Below are positions 18,607 through 29,231 of a stretch of DNA of 64,000 nucleotides, one piece after another. Origin of the DNA: an uncultured Candidatus Entotheonella sp. Lineage in GTDB: Bacteria; Tectomicrobia; Entotheonellia; Entotheonellales; Entotheonellaceae. Position 1 is the stretch's first letter, and every line of letters begins with the position of its first letter. The notes under the pieces were generated by a model, which saw nothing but the letters and a program-made list of their open reading frames with translations, searched no databases and was not told where the DNA came from. The position numbers and the translations under genes were made by a program. The DNA is taken from assembly GCA_965215335.1 (NCBI GenBank), contig CBDCDA010000001.1:1440001-1504000 (forward strand), in the 5' to 3' direction.

Positions 18607-19974
18607 CTACTGTTCTTCAGCGATAGCCCCGTCATCAACGAGAATCAGGACCTCCGCCAGCATACCGGCCCGGAAGCCGGGATCGGCGTCCTCGATGGCG
18701 ATCTTGACCGGGACCTTCTGCTCACGGCGGGTGAAGAAACGTTCGGGGGGCAGCCCCGATAGTTCGGCCGCGGTGGTGGGATTGATACGCTTGACGCGCC
18801 CGCGATACGGCTTGCCGCGTCCCAATACATGGAGGCGGTAGGCGTCGACCCAGACCTCCGCCGGACGGCCGATGCGCACGCGGCTGATGTCCGATTCCCA
18901 GACGTTGGCGGTTACGTACAGGCTCCGAGGGTCATGGATAATCATGATGGGCGGGTCGCTGGGGTCGCCCTTCACCATTTCCCCAGGCTCGATCCTGTTG
19001 TAGCCGACGATGCCGTCGCTTGGACTGTGCAGAACCGTTCTGGAGAGCTTCAGCTCGAGGGCTCGCACCCGCGCCTTCGCTTCCTCGTGCCGCGCCTCCA
19101 GGACCTTCAGCCGCTGCTGACCCAACTCCGCGAGACGCAACTCGGTGAGCGCCAGACCCAGCGCCGCGCGGTGCTCCTCGACCTGCGCCGCGGCGCCGTG
19201 GGCGTCTTTTTCGTGTACCCGGATCATTTCCGGCGAATCCCCCGTCGGATAATGCTGCTGCGCCTGCCGCACTTGCTCCTGAGCCACCGACAGCCGCGCC
19301 TGCTCGCGTTCGAAAGTCACGAGCGCGGCGTCCAGACGTTCCTGCGGCACGATCCCCTCCTTGAACAGGCTGCGGGTCCGTCCGAGCGCCATTTCGGTTT
19401 CGCGCAGGGCGGCCTCCTGCTCCCGCAGCCGCGCGCGGGCGGCCTCCAGGCCGGCCTGCTGCTCGGCTATCATCTTGGCGACGCGGTCGCGCTGCACGTC
19501 GAGCAGCACCCGGGCGCGCTGAGCGGCCTGTCGGCTGATTTCCAAGGCGGCCTCGGCACGATCGACCTTGAGCCGGGACTGCTCAATGGTCAGCGGCAGT
19601 TCGAGGCGCAATTCCTCCACCTGCTGCGCGATACCCTCCGCAATGGCCTCCGCCTGGCGCAGCTCCGTGAGGACGTCGTCTTGGTCCAGACGCACCAGCA
19701 CCTGATCCTTGCTTACCCTGTCGCCCTCGGTGACCAGAACCTCCAGCACTCGGGCGGTCACCACCGGAGTAATGGCGTAGGAGTCCATTCTGACCTGCGC
19801 GTCGTTGGTGTATACGTTCACCAAGCGGTCCAGGAGGAGGAATTCCTGCAAGGCCAGTCGGAAAAACCAGATGGCCCCGATGATCAGGACCACCGCGGCC
19901 ATGAGCAGATACGGCCGTTCCAGGGCGCGACGTATGGCCCGAACCGCCGTGAATTGCCGGCCTGCCTCCCTCAT
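18607..19974 (-). CDS. HlyD-family membrane fusion/efflux adaptor protein
   Basis: N-terminal TM, YTNDAQV, lipoyl halves (VTEGDRV, SPSDG), long coiled coil, QKVPVKI, GM tail. Confidence 0.85.
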   Translation of the reverse strand: MREAGRQFTAVRAIRRALERPYLLMAAVVLIIGAIWFFRLALQEFLLLDRLVNVYTNDAQVRMDSYAITPVVTARVLEVLVTEGDRVSKDQVLVRLDQDDVLTELRQAEAIAEGIAQQVEELRLELPLTIEQSRLKVDRAEAALEISRQAAQRARVLLDVQRDRVAKMIAEQQAGLEAARARLREQEAALRETEMALGRTRSLFKEGIVPQERLDAALVTFEREQARLSVAQEQVRQAQQHYPTGDSPEMIRVHEKDAHGAAAQVEEHRAALGLALTELRLAELGQQRLKVLEARHEEAKARVRALELKLSRTVLHSPSDGIVGYNRIEPGEMVKGDPSDPPIMIIHDPRSLYVTANVWESDISRVRIGRPAEVWVDAYRLHVLGRGKPYRGRVKRINPTTAAELSGLPPERFFTRREQKVPVKIAIEDADPGFRAGMLAEVLILVDDGAIAEEQ

Positions 19975-19998
19975 GACCGCCCCCCTGTCTCGTCCGCG

Positions 19999-20247
19999 TC
20001 AATCCAAACCATGTTCGTCGTCATCATCGATGTCCTCAGGGGCAGCACGCAACAGGAAATAGATCACCGTGACCAGTCCGGCCACGAAGGCAAGGGCGCC
20101 GAACAGCAGGAAGAAGATGCCACCCAGATGCAGATGCCCGCCGTTGGCACGCGCGGGCTGAACGAAAACGAAAAGGAGGGAGATGCCGATGATGGCACTG
20201 CTTCTGGCGTCGAGCCCCACGGCAACCTGCCCCCGGCTATACGACAT
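19999..20247 (-). CDS. Small hypothetical membrane protein
   Basis: Signal-like segment ending ARA, NGGHLHLGG, one TM helix, acidic tail; co-oriented with neighbours. Confidence 0.5.
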   Translation of the reverse strand: MSYSRGQVAVGLDARSSAIIGISLLFVFVQPARANGGHLHLGGIFFLLFGALAFVAGLVTVIYFLLRAAPEDIDDDDEHGLD

Positions 20248-20497
20248 CCCCGGCGATGTTCTGCGTTTCTTCCTCCTCGGGAGGACCGAACTGGATGAGG
20301 TTGCGGAGTCCGATAATGTAGCCAAAGGCAACGGTGTGGGAAAGCAGCGTCACCAATAAGCCGGCGTAGGTCAGCACCATGTGGGTCAGCGGCGAGGTGC
20401 CCTGCATGCGGATGGTCACGTCGGTAACGAGTCCCAAGAAAACCAGCACCAACGAGGCCAGCATCAGCAAGACGATGAAGATCACACCATTCCTCAC
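20237..20497 (-). CDS. Small hypothetical membrane protein (2 TM)
   Basis: Two hydrophobic helices, acidic C-tail; overlaps the next gene. Confidence 0.55.
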   Translation of the reverse strand: MRNGVIFIVLLMLASLVLVFLGLVTDVTIRMQGTSPLTHMVLTYAGLLVTLLSHTVAFGYIIGLRNLIQFGPPEEEETQNIAGDVV

Positions 20498-20663
20498 GAC
20501 AGGATGGAATTGGAGGCAAGAAGGGGCGAATCCGTGCTTCCGACGTGGGCACCACTATATCACGACGGCGAGCGGCTGTTCAATCGACGGTGGCGCGCAA
20601 AGCCTTGACCTGCATTGCGTAACGGCCGCGCGCGAAGGATGAGACGGCATGGGTGAAGAAGCC

Positions 20664-21887
20664 TCACAAGTCGGCCAGGTCTCGCGTCTCATCGGCGAAC
20701 GCCGCGGGGTCGGTCACCGGACGCCGCTGCGCGATGCGCTCGCGGGCGGTCTGCAGAAGCTCAGGCTTGCCGTTGATGAAGAGGGCCGCTTGCAGGAAAC
20801 CATCGGCGAAGCAGAACTGCACGAACCCGGGCTCCAGGCTCAGGGGGCCGCGCCGCACGCACTGCTGGCGGACGCTCATATCACCGATGACGTCGATGCG
20901 CAGGGCGCCCATGTGGGAGAAGAAATAGGGCAACTCCGTGTAAGCAAGACGGGCGCCGGCCATGTTCGCGCCAGCCGTGCGGCCGTGCTGCAGCGCCACG
21001 TCGTAGTGCTCGACGCGCAGATGGCGGCCCAAGATCGGGCTATAGTAACGCGCGACGTCACCGGCGGCGTAGACGACATCCGCCGCCTCGAGGTATTCGT
21101 TCACCACCACGCCGTTATCGACGCTGAGCCCGGCAGCGGCAGCCAGTTCGGTGTTGGGCGCAATGCCCACCCCGATAACCACCACGTCCGCTGCGATCTC
21201 TTCGTCGTTGCCTGTCACGACCCGCTCGACACGGCCCTGCACACCGACGAATTGCGCCGCCGCCGTACCGGTGCGCAGCGTGACGCCCTGTTGGCTCAGG
21301 AACGCCGTCATGAAGGCGCTGGTTTCGGCGTCGAGCACCAGGCCCAACGGCGCCGGGGTGACTTCGAGCAGGGCCGTCTGCAAGCCGGACTGGGCGAAAG
21401 CAGTCGCCACCTCGCAGCCGATGAAACCGCCACCCACCACGACCGCCTGCCGCGCGTTGACCATGGCGGCTCGCAAGGTGTCGGAATCCTCAAGGGTACG
21501 AAGGTAGGAGACGCCATCCAGGTCGGCACCCGGTATCGACAACCGACGCGGGCGCCCTCCGGTGGCGAGCAACAGCCTCTCAAACCCCACCTCGCTGCCA
21601 TCGTTGAGCGTGATGGTGCGCGTCCTCACGTCCACCGCCGTCGCCGACTGCCCCAGGAACTGTTCCACCCGGTGACGCTCGTAGAACCGCGGCGGGCGGA
21701 GAAACACGTGCTCGCGCTCCATGCGGCCCAGCAAGTAGTCCTTCGACAATGGCACACGATCATAGGGCAGGTGAGGCTCGGCGCCGATCAAGATCAAACG
21801 CCCCGTCTTGTCGCGTCGGCGAATGGCGTCGATGGCCGCGGTGGCCGCCAGACCGCCGCCGATTATGACGTACGGAATCCGTTCCAT
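20664..21887 (-). CDS. NAD(P)/FAD-dependent oxidoreductase (ferredoxin reductase-like)
   Basis: IIGGGLA, PYDRVPLSK, ATG, GGGFIGCE, YAAGD, PYFFS motifs. Confidence 0.92.
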   Translation of the reverse strand: MERIPYVIIGGGLAATAAIDAIRRRDKTGRLILIGAEPHLPYDRVPLSKDYLLGRMEREHVFLRPPRFYERHRVEQFLGQSATAVDVRTRTITLNDGSEVGFERLLLATGGRPRRLSIPGADLDGVSYLRTLEDSDTLRAAMVNARQAVVVGGGFIGCEVATAFAQSGLQTALLEVTPAPLGLVLDAETSAFMTAFLSQQGVTLRTGTAAAQFVGVQGRVERVVTGNDEEIAADVVVIGVGIAPNTELAAAAGLSVDNGVVVNEYLEAADVVYAAGDVARYYSPILGRHLRVEHYDVALQHGRTAGANMAGARLAYTELPYFFSHMGALRIDVIGDMSVRQQCVRRGPLSLEPGFVQFCFADGFLQAALFINGKPELLQTARERIAQRRPVTDPAAFADETRDLADL

Positions 21888-22506
21888 AGGGCCGTTCCTT
21901 CACACTGGAGTGTTGGAATCGAAGGTGAACGGGCTGCAAGTACAATGCGCAGCAGACCAAAAACATGTCAATACCACCCCTCACCGCATGACGAAATTAT
22001 ATTCGGGTAGAGTGGATGAAGAAGTGCTTTGGGCGAAGTGAACGCCCTCCAGGACAGGCTCAGACCTGCTCAAGCTGCTCCCACTTGTCTGCCGCATTGA
22101 GTACGGCTTGACGAATGCCGTCAAATCCACAGCGAAACAGGCTTTTGGCGGCTCTCTGGTGCGTCTTGAGCAATCGGCTCGCCTACACGCCGCCGAGCGC
22201 CCACATGATAGACCCAGCAAAAAACCATCGCCAACATACCACCCTAACGTCTCCAAAGCGCTTGGCCGCTCTCAAGCGTGTCGCTTCAAAGTGACTCACG
22301 GCGTCCTCACCTGAGATGTCAGTCGTTATGGAGAGGCTTGGTTGACCTTCCACGATTAGGAGGTTATGCCTTGCCTTTCAACTACTTAATGATTTTTGTC
22401 GTGTACGGCGGGTTACGGTTATTGACAAAATAGCCCCAGTCGGAAAATATATAGGCACGATTCGTAATCCGCATGGCAAGGAAGGCGACTGCATAAGGGT
22501 GCCCCA

Positions 22507-23898
22507 TTGAGCGAGAAGCTGTTGGCAGAGAACGAATCGAGTCATATAGACAGGCGTCGCAACGATAACGCGGAAGTCATCTGGCTCAAGGTGCTGCAAA
22601 TTGTTCGCGAGCATGTAGACGATACCAAATTCAGCACTTGGTTTAAGCCACTTTACCTGCTTTCGGGCTCAAGCGGCATGTTGCGTGTTGCAGCCCCCAA
22701 CAAATTCGTTCGTGACTGGGTTCTTGAACACTACCAAGGTCTTCTCGTTGACCTGCTGCAGCAGATTACAGGCATCCCCTACCAGATTTTTATCGTCGTC
22801 GGCGAACCCAAGGCCGAGCCTGTCCCGCAACCGGAGCCGGCGGCTGAGGTGGTCGTGCCACCCGGAGCCAGCAGCGGATACACGCAATTCAATTCCCGTT
22901 TTACCTTCGAAACGTTCGTCGTCGGCTCAAGCAATCAGTTTACCCAAGCGGCTTGCCTGGCGGTGTCGCGACACCCGGCAGGCACGTACAATCCCCTCTT
23001 CATATACGGCGACGTTGGCCTGGGCAAAACCCACTTGCTGCATGCCATTGGCCACTACGTTCAACAGCACCACCCGCATCTGGTAACCTGCTACGTTTCT
23101 TCCGAAAAATTCCTCAATGATCTCGTCGGCGCGCTGAGCCACGACAAAATGGATGAATTCCGCAACCGTTACCGCAGGAACGACGTCATCCTCGTCGATG
23201 ACGTGCAGTTTCTCATCGGCAAGGAACGCACCCAGGAGGAATTTTTTCACACCTTCAACGTGCTGTTCAACGCCAACAAGCAGATCGTGCTGACCAGCGA
23301 CAAGTTGCCGAAGGCCATGACCGGATTGGAAAAACGTCTGCGGTCGCGCTTCGAGTGGGGTTTGGTAACCGATCTACAGGCGCCGGATCTGGAAACCAAA
23401 ATCGCTATTCTCAAGAGAAAAGCCGAGTACCGGCAGTTCGAGTTGCCCGATGAGGTGGTATTGTATATTGCCCGCCTGATCCGCAGCGATGCGCGCCAGC
23501 TCGAGGGCGCCCTCACCACGGTGGAGGCCTTCGCTTCCATAACCGGGCAGGAAATTACCCTCGGGTTAGCCAAGAGCTTGCTCGGCGACTTGGCAGAAGG
23601 AGAAGATAAACCGATCACGATCGCTGAAATTGAGCGCGTCGTCGCGAATCACTACCACATCAAGACCGCCTTGCTACGCTCTAAGCGGCGCCACAAGGAC
23701 ATCGCGCACGCCCGACACGTCGCCATGTACCTGACGCGTCAACTGACCGGCGCCTCGCTGCCGCACATCGGCAAGACGTTTGGCGACCGCGATCACACCT
23801 CGGTCATACACGCCTGCAATAAAATAAAGGGAATGCTAAAAGAAAACTGGAATTTTCATGAGGAGGTCGAGCAACTCATTCGCGTGCTCCAGAGTTAG
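22507..23898 (+). CDS. dnaA: Chromosomal replication initiator DnaA (full length, canonical)
   Basis: Domain I (W..VL, FSTWFKPL, APNKFVRDW), Walker A GDVGLGKT, DDVQ, TSD, RLRSRF, domain IV GDRDHTSVIHA; TTG start. Confidence 0.96.
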   Translation: MSEKLLAENESSHIDRRRNDNAEVIWLKVLQIVREHVDDTKFSTWFKPLYLLSGSSGMLRVAAPNKFVRDWVLEHYQGLLVDLLQQITGIPYQIFIVVGEPKAEPVPQPEPAAEVVVPPGASSGYTQFNSRFTFETFVVGSSNQFTQAACLAVSRHPAGTYNPLFIYGDVGLGKTHLLHAIGHYVQQHHPHLVTCYVSSEKFLNDLVGALSHDKMDEFRNRYRRNDVILVDDVQFLIGKERTQEEFFHTFNVLFNANKQIVLTSDKLPKAMTGLEKRLRSRFEWGLVTDLQAPDLETKIAILKRKAEYRQFELPDEVVLYIARLIRSDARQLEGALTTVEAFASITGQEITLGLAKSLLGDLAEGEDKPITIAEIERVVANHYHIKTALLRSKRRHKDIAHARHVAMYLTRQLTGASLPHIGKTFGDRDHTSVIHACNKIKGMLKENWNFHEEVEQLIRVLQS

Positions 23899-23923
23899 GG
23901 TAGGGGGTCACGGACAACCAGAC

Positions 23924-24604
23924 ATGTCGAAATCACGAATCAGATTTACGGGCGTGGATTACGGTCTGCTGATACGTATGGAGTGGGAGGTACCCCTGTC
24001 ACAGCTCCTGGTGGAGGTCGAGGAACACATTCAGAAATCACCCGCCTTTTTTACCGATGCCCAAGTGTTCCTTGAGGTGGACACGCGGCCGGTTCTGCAG
24101 CACGAAATGGAACAACTCGGTGTGGTGCTATCGCGCCACGGGCTGACCCTGCAGGGCGTCGTTTCTGCTGCCAGCAGGGTTGAGGGGATCAGTCGGCCTC
24201 AGTCCATGCCGGAACCACCCAAGGTAGTCACGCCGATCATCAGCGAGCGAGAGGCCTTGGTGGTTGAACACCACACCTTGCGTTCCGGCGAAAAGGTTGC
24301 CTCCGAGGGCCATCTCGTCATCATAGGCGATGTAAACCCCGGGGCCGAGGTCATCGCCGAAAATAACATTATTGTTTGGGGTTCCCTCAAAGGCGCGGCC
24401 TACGCCGGCGTGCCCAATCATGAGAACGCTGTGATTGCCGCGCTGCACCTCACTCCCATTCAATTACGAATTGCCGGATACATTGCCCGGTCGCCCGATG
24501 CGCGGCCGGTGACGGCGGCTGTTCCCGAGTTGGCGCGCATCGACCAGAACGAGATTGTGGTCGAATCATGGGAGCGCGGGCGGGTCTCCGTAAAAAGGGG
24601 ATAG
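23924..24604 (+). CDS. minC: Septum site-determining protein MinC
   Basis: TLRSGE, GDVNPGAEVIA, G-L-G-AYAG, QLRIA motifs. Confidence 0.92.
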   Translation: MSKSRIRFTGVDYGLLIRMEWEVPLSQLLVEVEEHIQKSPAFFTDAQVFLEVDTRPVLQHEMEQLGVVLSRHGLTLQGVVSAASRVEGISRPQSMPEPPKVVTPIISEREALVVEHHTLRSGEKVASEGHLVIIGDVNPGAEVIAENNIIVWGSLKGAAYAGVPNHENAVIAALHLTPIQLRIAGYIARSPDARPVTAAVPELARIDQNEIVVESWERGRVSVKRG

Positions 24605-24607
24605 GCT

Positions 24608-25405
24608 GTGGCTGGACGAGTTGTCACCATAACTTCCGGCAAAGGGGGGGTTGGCAAAACCACTCTGACTGCCAACGTCAGCGCAGCGCTTGCAGAACTC
24701 GGCAAAAAGACGATTGCGGTGGATACGGATGTGGGACTGCGCAACCTGGACATCGTCATGGGGCTGGAAAATCGTATCGTCTTCGATCTGGTCGACGTAG
24801 TGGAGGGGCGCTGCGACCTTTCCAAGGCCTGCATCCGCGACAGACGCATCCCCTCGCTGCAGTTGCTGCCGGCAGCCCAAACGCGTGACAAGAGTGCGGT
24901 AAGCCCGGACGCCATGCGCAAGGTTTGCGACGATCTGCGGTCACTTTGTGACTTTGTCATCATTGACTCACCGGCAGGTATTGAAGGCGGCTTCGAAACA
25001 GCCACTACCGGTGCCGACAACGTCATCATCGTCGTGACGCCGCACGTCTCATCGGTCCGCGATGCCGACCGCGTCATCGGATTGCTGGAGGCGCGCGACA
25101 AACAAGATATTCAACTCGTGATCAACCGCCTGCAGCCGGAGATGGTGCGCCGTGGCGACATGCTCGGCATCAACGACGTAATGGAAATCCTGGCAGTCGA
25201 TCTCTTGGGCATCGTGCCTGAGGACGAATACATCGTTGTGTCCAGCAACCGTGGTGAGTTGGCCACCCTGAACCCTGCCGACTCGCCAGCCGGGCAGGAG
25301 TATCAAAATATTGCACGGCGCATACAGGGTGAGGAGGTGCCGTTCATGACAATAGACGACAAGTCAAATGTGTTTCGACGGCTATTTCGTATGTTCAAAA
25401 AATAA
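24608..25405 (+). CDS. minD: Septum site-determining ATPase MinD
   Basis: SGKGGVGKTT, GLRNLD, DSPAGIE, RDADR, amphipathic C-terminal helix. Confidence 0.97.
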   Translation: MAGRVVTITSGKGGVGKTTLTANVSAALAELGKKTIAVDTDVGLRNLDIVMGLENRIVFDLVDVVEGRCDLSKACIRDRRIPSLQLLPAAQTRDKSAVSPDAMRKVCDDLRSLCDFVIIDSPAGIEGGFETATTGADNVIIVVTPHVSSVRDADRVIGLLEARDKQDIQLVINRLQPEMVRRGDMLGINDVMEILAVDLLGIVPEDEYIVVSSNRGELATLNPADSPAGQEYQNIARRIQGEEVPFMTIDDKSNVFRRLFRMFKK

Positions 25406-25444
25406 ATAACCCGTCACCCGGACACCTCCTGCGAAGGAGCCCCC

Positions 25445-25792
25445 GTGAAGAAACTCATCAGCAAGATATTCGGGTTCGATCTGTCGGAGGACGATGCTTC
25501 CTACACGAGCAAACAGGCCGCCCGAGAGCGCTTGAAACTGGCATTGACTTATGATCGTGCAAGCATCGGATACAACGCCCTCGAGCAACTACGCGACGAA
25601 ATCGTCCAGGTGATTGCCAAACACCTAGAGCTCGATCAGGAAGATATCACCATCCAACTCGACCGCACCATGGATCAGGACAAGCTGATCGCCAGCATTC
25701 CACTTCGTATCAACACACGGTCCCACGATTCGAATCCGCCCGCCACCATGAAAGCCATGCCGTCCCCTGCCGTGCGGCGTCGCCGGCGTTGA
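25445..25792 (+). CDS. minE: Cell division topological specificity factor MinE with basic C-terminal extension
   Basis: SKQAARERLKLALTYDR, LRDEIVQVIAKH, LIASIP. Confidence 0.9.
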   Translation: MKKLISKIFGFDLSEDDASYTSKQAARERLKLALTYDRASIGYNALEQLRDEIVQVIAKHLELDQEDITIQLDRTMDQDKLIASIPLRINTRSHDSNPPATMKAMPSPAVRRRRR

Positions 25793-25826
25793 GACCGACC
25801 CGTCGAAATAATTTCAGCCACCGCTA

Positions 25827-25855
25827 TTGACACATGCCAATATGGGCAGTATGCT
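25827..25855 (+). promoter_or_regulatory. sigma70 promoter of lexA-radA-recA-mraZ with an imperfect palindrome in the spacer
   Basis: TTGACA-17 bp-TATGCT; TGCCAATATGGGCA lies between -35 and -10. Confidence 0.65.
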
Positions 25856-25955
25856 CATCTGTGCATTGTCTGTCTGATAGGCAGGCATGCCGGTGCGGCA
25901 TACGGGAAGGGTGAACGTCCCCAATCCCTCGGCAATGTCAACATCGGGGCGGATT

Positions 25956-26582
25956 ATGAGACCAAAGCTCACCGCGAGACAGCAGGAAATGCTCGATTAC
26001 ATCGAGCGAGAAACCCGTTCAACCGGTGTTCCCCCCAGTATCCGGCAGATCGGTACCGCCTTGGGCATCAGTTCCACAAACGGCGTCCGACTGCACCTGC
26101 AAGCACTCCAGAAGAAAGGCTACATCCGTCGTAGTCAGCGTACCTCCAGAGGCATCGTCAGCCTCAGCCGCCCTCCGCACGCGGCCTCTCCATTTCGTTC
26201 GACAACCGTCGACGTCCCCATTTTGGGGCGAGTAGCGGCGGGCACGCCCGTCATGGCCGCGGAAAACCACGAGGGTTCTCTAACCCTCGACGCAAGCCTG
26301 ATCAAGAACCAGGAATCGTTCGCCCTGAGGGTGAATGGCGACAGCATGATCAACGCCGGAATTCTCGACGGCGACATTGTGGTGGTGCGTTTACAACAGG
26401 GTGCGAACAACGGCGACATTGTGGTTGCACGCATGGACGACGAGGCCACCGTCAAGCGTTTTTTTCGGGAGAAGGACAAAATTCGTCTGCAGCCGGAAAA
26501 CCCAACCATGACGCCTATCTACGGCACCGACGTGGAAATCTGCGGCAAGGTCATTGCCCTCGTGCGGCCCCACGTGTTCTGA
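25956..26582 (+). CDS. lexA: SOS repressor LexA
   Basis: LTARQ, PPSIRQI wHTH, GRVAAG cleavage site, GDSM catalytic Ser, TVKR catalytic Lys. Confidence 0.96.
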   Translation: MRPKLTARQQEMLDYIERETRSTGVPPSIRQIGTALGISSTNGVRLHLQALQKKGYIRRSQRTSRGIVSLSRPPHAASPFRSTTVDVPILGRVAAGTPVMAAENHEGSLTLDASLIKNQESFALRVNGDSMINAGILDGDIVVVRLQQGANNGDIVVARMDDEATVKRFFREKDKIRLQPENPTMTPIYGTDVEICGKVIALVRPHVF

Positions 26583-26597
26583 CGCGAGACCCGGACC

Positions 26598-28073
26598 ATG
26601 ATCAAGAAGAAGCATGCATACACCTGTCAAGCATGCGGTTGGCAAACAGCCAAATGGCTCGGACATTGTCCGGATTGCGGCGGTTGGGATACCTTCGTCG
26701 AAACTCTGCAAATGCCCGCTCAGACGACACGTCAGACACCGTCAGGGGCGATCCAGTCACCGCTGCCGCTAGCGGAAATCGTCCACGATGAGGCAGAACG
26801 TTTGCTGACGAGTATTGGGGAGTTCGACCGCGTGCTCGGTGGGGGTATCGTGCGCGGGTCTCTCGTTCTCATCGGCGGCGACCCGGGCATCGGCAAGTCG
26901 ACCCTGCTGTTGCAAGCCGCCCATGGCCTGAGCCGGATTCACAAGGGCAACGGTCCCGCGGTCCTCTACGTCTCGGGGGAAGAATCGGCCAGTCAACTCC
27001 GCATGCAAGCCGAGCGCCTCGGCCTGCAGAATCAGAACATCCACATTCTTACCGAAACTTCCGTAACGCATATCTGCACTCAGGCTGAAGCGCTGCGACC
27101 GGGCGTCCTCATCATCGACTCAATCCAGACTATGTTCACGGAAGATTCGACCTCGGCGCCGGGCAGTGTCAACCAAGTACGCGAAAGCACCGCCCAACTG
27201 ACGGGTCTCGCCAAAACGCATGATCTACCGGTTTTGATCATTGGACACGTCACCAAAGAGGGCGTCATTGCCGGCCCCCGGGTCATGGAGCACATGGTGG
27301 ACACCGTTCTTTACTTCGAGGGCGAACGGCACCACGTCTATCGCGTGCTGCGGGCGGTCAAGAACCGCTTCGGCCCGACGCACGAAATTGGCGTGTTTGA
27401 AATGCAATCGGCGGGTCTCATGGAAGTGGAAAGTCCGTCGGAACTCTTCCTAGCCGAACGGCCGTCACAGGCCAGCGGTTCGGTGGTAGTGGCAAGTCTG
27501 GAGGGCACCCGTCCGCTCCTCGTCGAACTACAGGCCTTGGGCAGCCCGAACGTCTTCGGCAACCCGCGGCGCGTTGCCAACGGCGTGGATTATCAGCGGC
27601 TCATGCTCCTGCTGGCAGTCATGGAAAAGCGCCTAGGACTGCCCCTGCAGTCGAACGACGTGTACGTCAATGTCGTTGGCGGCCTCAGCCTGAACGAACC
27701 AGCCATCGACCTCGGAGTTGTGGTAGCAGTCGCGTCGAGTTTGCAAGACGTGGCAATCAAGGCCGATCTGGTCATCTTAGGCGAGGTTGGCTTAACGGGA
27801 GAAGTGCGTGCCGTAGGGCACGTGGAGGCCCGCTTGCGGGAAGCGGCCAAGCTCGGGTTTCGCCGCTGCCTGCTCCCGCAGGCGAATGATCAAGCCGCTA
27901 CGATGGTGGCTGGAATTGAAAGCATCGGGATTCGAACGGTCTCGGAGGCATTGCAAATGGTACTGCCGCCGCAGCCATCTATTGGCAGTCCGAAGGAATG
28001 CGATATGCACATGGTTGCTGCGGCATCGTTTCGGAGAAAGGGAGGAAAAACACATGGCAAAACACACGCCTGA
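26598..28073 (+). CDS. radA: DNA repair protein RadA/Sms
   Basis: C4 zinc finger, [13 protein letters not shown] motif, Lon-like C-terminus. Confidence 0.96.
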   Translation: MIKKKHAYTCQACGWQTAKWLGHCPDCGGWDTFVETLQMPAQTTRQTPSGAIQSPLPLAEIVHDEAERLLTSIGEFDRVLGGGIVRGSLVLIGGDPGIGKSTLLLQAAHGLSRIHKGNGPAVLYVSGEESASQLRMQAERLGLQNQNIHILTETSVTHICTQAEALRPGVLIIDSIQTMFTEDSTSAPGSVNQVRESTAQLTGLAKTHDLPVLIIGHVTKEGVIAGPRVMEHMVDTVLYFEGERHHVYRVLRAVKNRFGPTHEIGVFEMQSAGLMEVESPSELFLAERPSQASGSVVVASLEGTRPLLVELQALGSPNVFGNPRRVANGVDYQRLMLLLAVMEKRLGLPLQSNDVYVNVVGGLSLNEPAIDLGVVVAVASSLQDVAIKADLVILGEVGLTGEVRAVGHVEARLREAAKLGFRRCLLPQANDQAATMVAGIESIGIRTVSEALQMVLPPQPSIGSPKECDMHMVAAASFRRKGGKTHGKTHA

Positions 28074-29169
28074 TCGACAAGACGAGAAACAACGTGTCCT
28101 GAGCCTGGCTTTCAGCCAGATCGAGAAACAGTTCGGCAAGGGCGCCATCATGCGCCTCGGCGAGAGCCAAGCCCTGGATATTCCGGTCATTTCTACCGGT
28201 TCCCTGGCCTTGGACATTGCCTTGGGGGTTGGCGGGCTACCACGCGGCCGCATCGTCGAGATCTACGGCCCCGAAGCCTCTGGCAAGACCACCCTGGCCC
28301 TGCACGTCGTCGCCTCGGCACAGCGCAACGGCGGCGAAGCGGCGTTCATCGACGCCGAACACGCCCTTGATCCCTCCTACGCGCGCAAACTGGGCGTCAA
28401 CACGGACAATTTACTCATCTCACAGCCCGACAGCGGCGAACAGGCATTAGAGATTGCCGACGTCCTCGTGCGCAGCGGGGCTTTGGACGTCGTCGTTGTC
28501 GACTCGGTGGCAGCACTCGTGCCCCAAGCCGAGATCGATGGCGATATGGGCGAACCTCAAATGGGCCTGCAAGCGCGTCTGATGTCGCAGGCGATGCGCA
28601 AACTCACCGGCATCATCCACAAAACGAAAACCTGTGTGATCTTCATCAACCAGATTCGCCAGAAGATCGGCGTTTTCTTTGGCAGCCCGGAGACGACCAC
28701 CGGCGGCAACGCGCTGAAATTCTATGCTTCCGTGCGTCTCGATATTCGCCGCATCGACTCGATCAAATCCGGCCAGGAAGTGCTCGGCAACCGCACTCGG
28801 GTCAAGATCGTCAAGAACAAGGTGGCGCCGCCTTTCCGGCAAGCCGAGTTTGACGTGCTGTACGGCACGGGCATTTGCGCGGTCGGAGAACTGCTCGACT
28901 TGGCGGTGCAGCGCGAGGTGGTTCAGAAAAGCGGGTCTTGGTTCTCCTACGCCGGCGAACGTATCGGTCAGGGCAGAGAGAACGCCAAAATATATCTGGA
29001 GGAACACGCCGATGTGACCGCGGCCATTGAGGCGCTGATTCGTGAAGCCCACAACATTCCGCAAGTGGCGAGCGAAAAACTTGCTGCCGCCGCCGAGGCT
29101 GCCAGTACCGAAGATCTGTATGAGCCTGCTTCCGCGGCAGAGGATGTCGACCGCCTGGAAATCAGTTGA
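28054..29169 (+). CDS. recA: Recombinase RecA
   Basis: [47 protein letters not shown]. Confidence 0.98.
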   Translation: MAKHTPDRQDEKQRVLSLAFSQIEKQFGKGAIMRLGESQALDIPVISTGSLALDIALGVGGLPRGRIVEIYGPEASGKTTLALHVVASAQRNGGEAAFIDAEHALDPSYARKLGVNTDNLLISQPDSGEQALEIADVLVRSGALDVVVVDSVAALVPQAEIDGDMGEPQMGLQARLMSQAMRKLTGIIHKTKTCVIFINQIRQKIGVFFGSPETTTGGNALKFYASVRLDIRRIDSIKSGQEVLGNRTRVKIVKNKVAPPFRQAEFDVLYGTGICAVGELLDLAVQREVVQKSGSWFSYAGERIGQGRENAKIYLEEHADVTAAIEALIREAHNIPQVASEKLAAAAEAASTEDLYEPASAAEDVDRLEIS

Positions 29170-29231
29170 TGTGCCCCCGAGGCGACCGGCAATGGGCAAC
29201 ACGTTAAAACGATCTGACGGGAAGGAACGGC

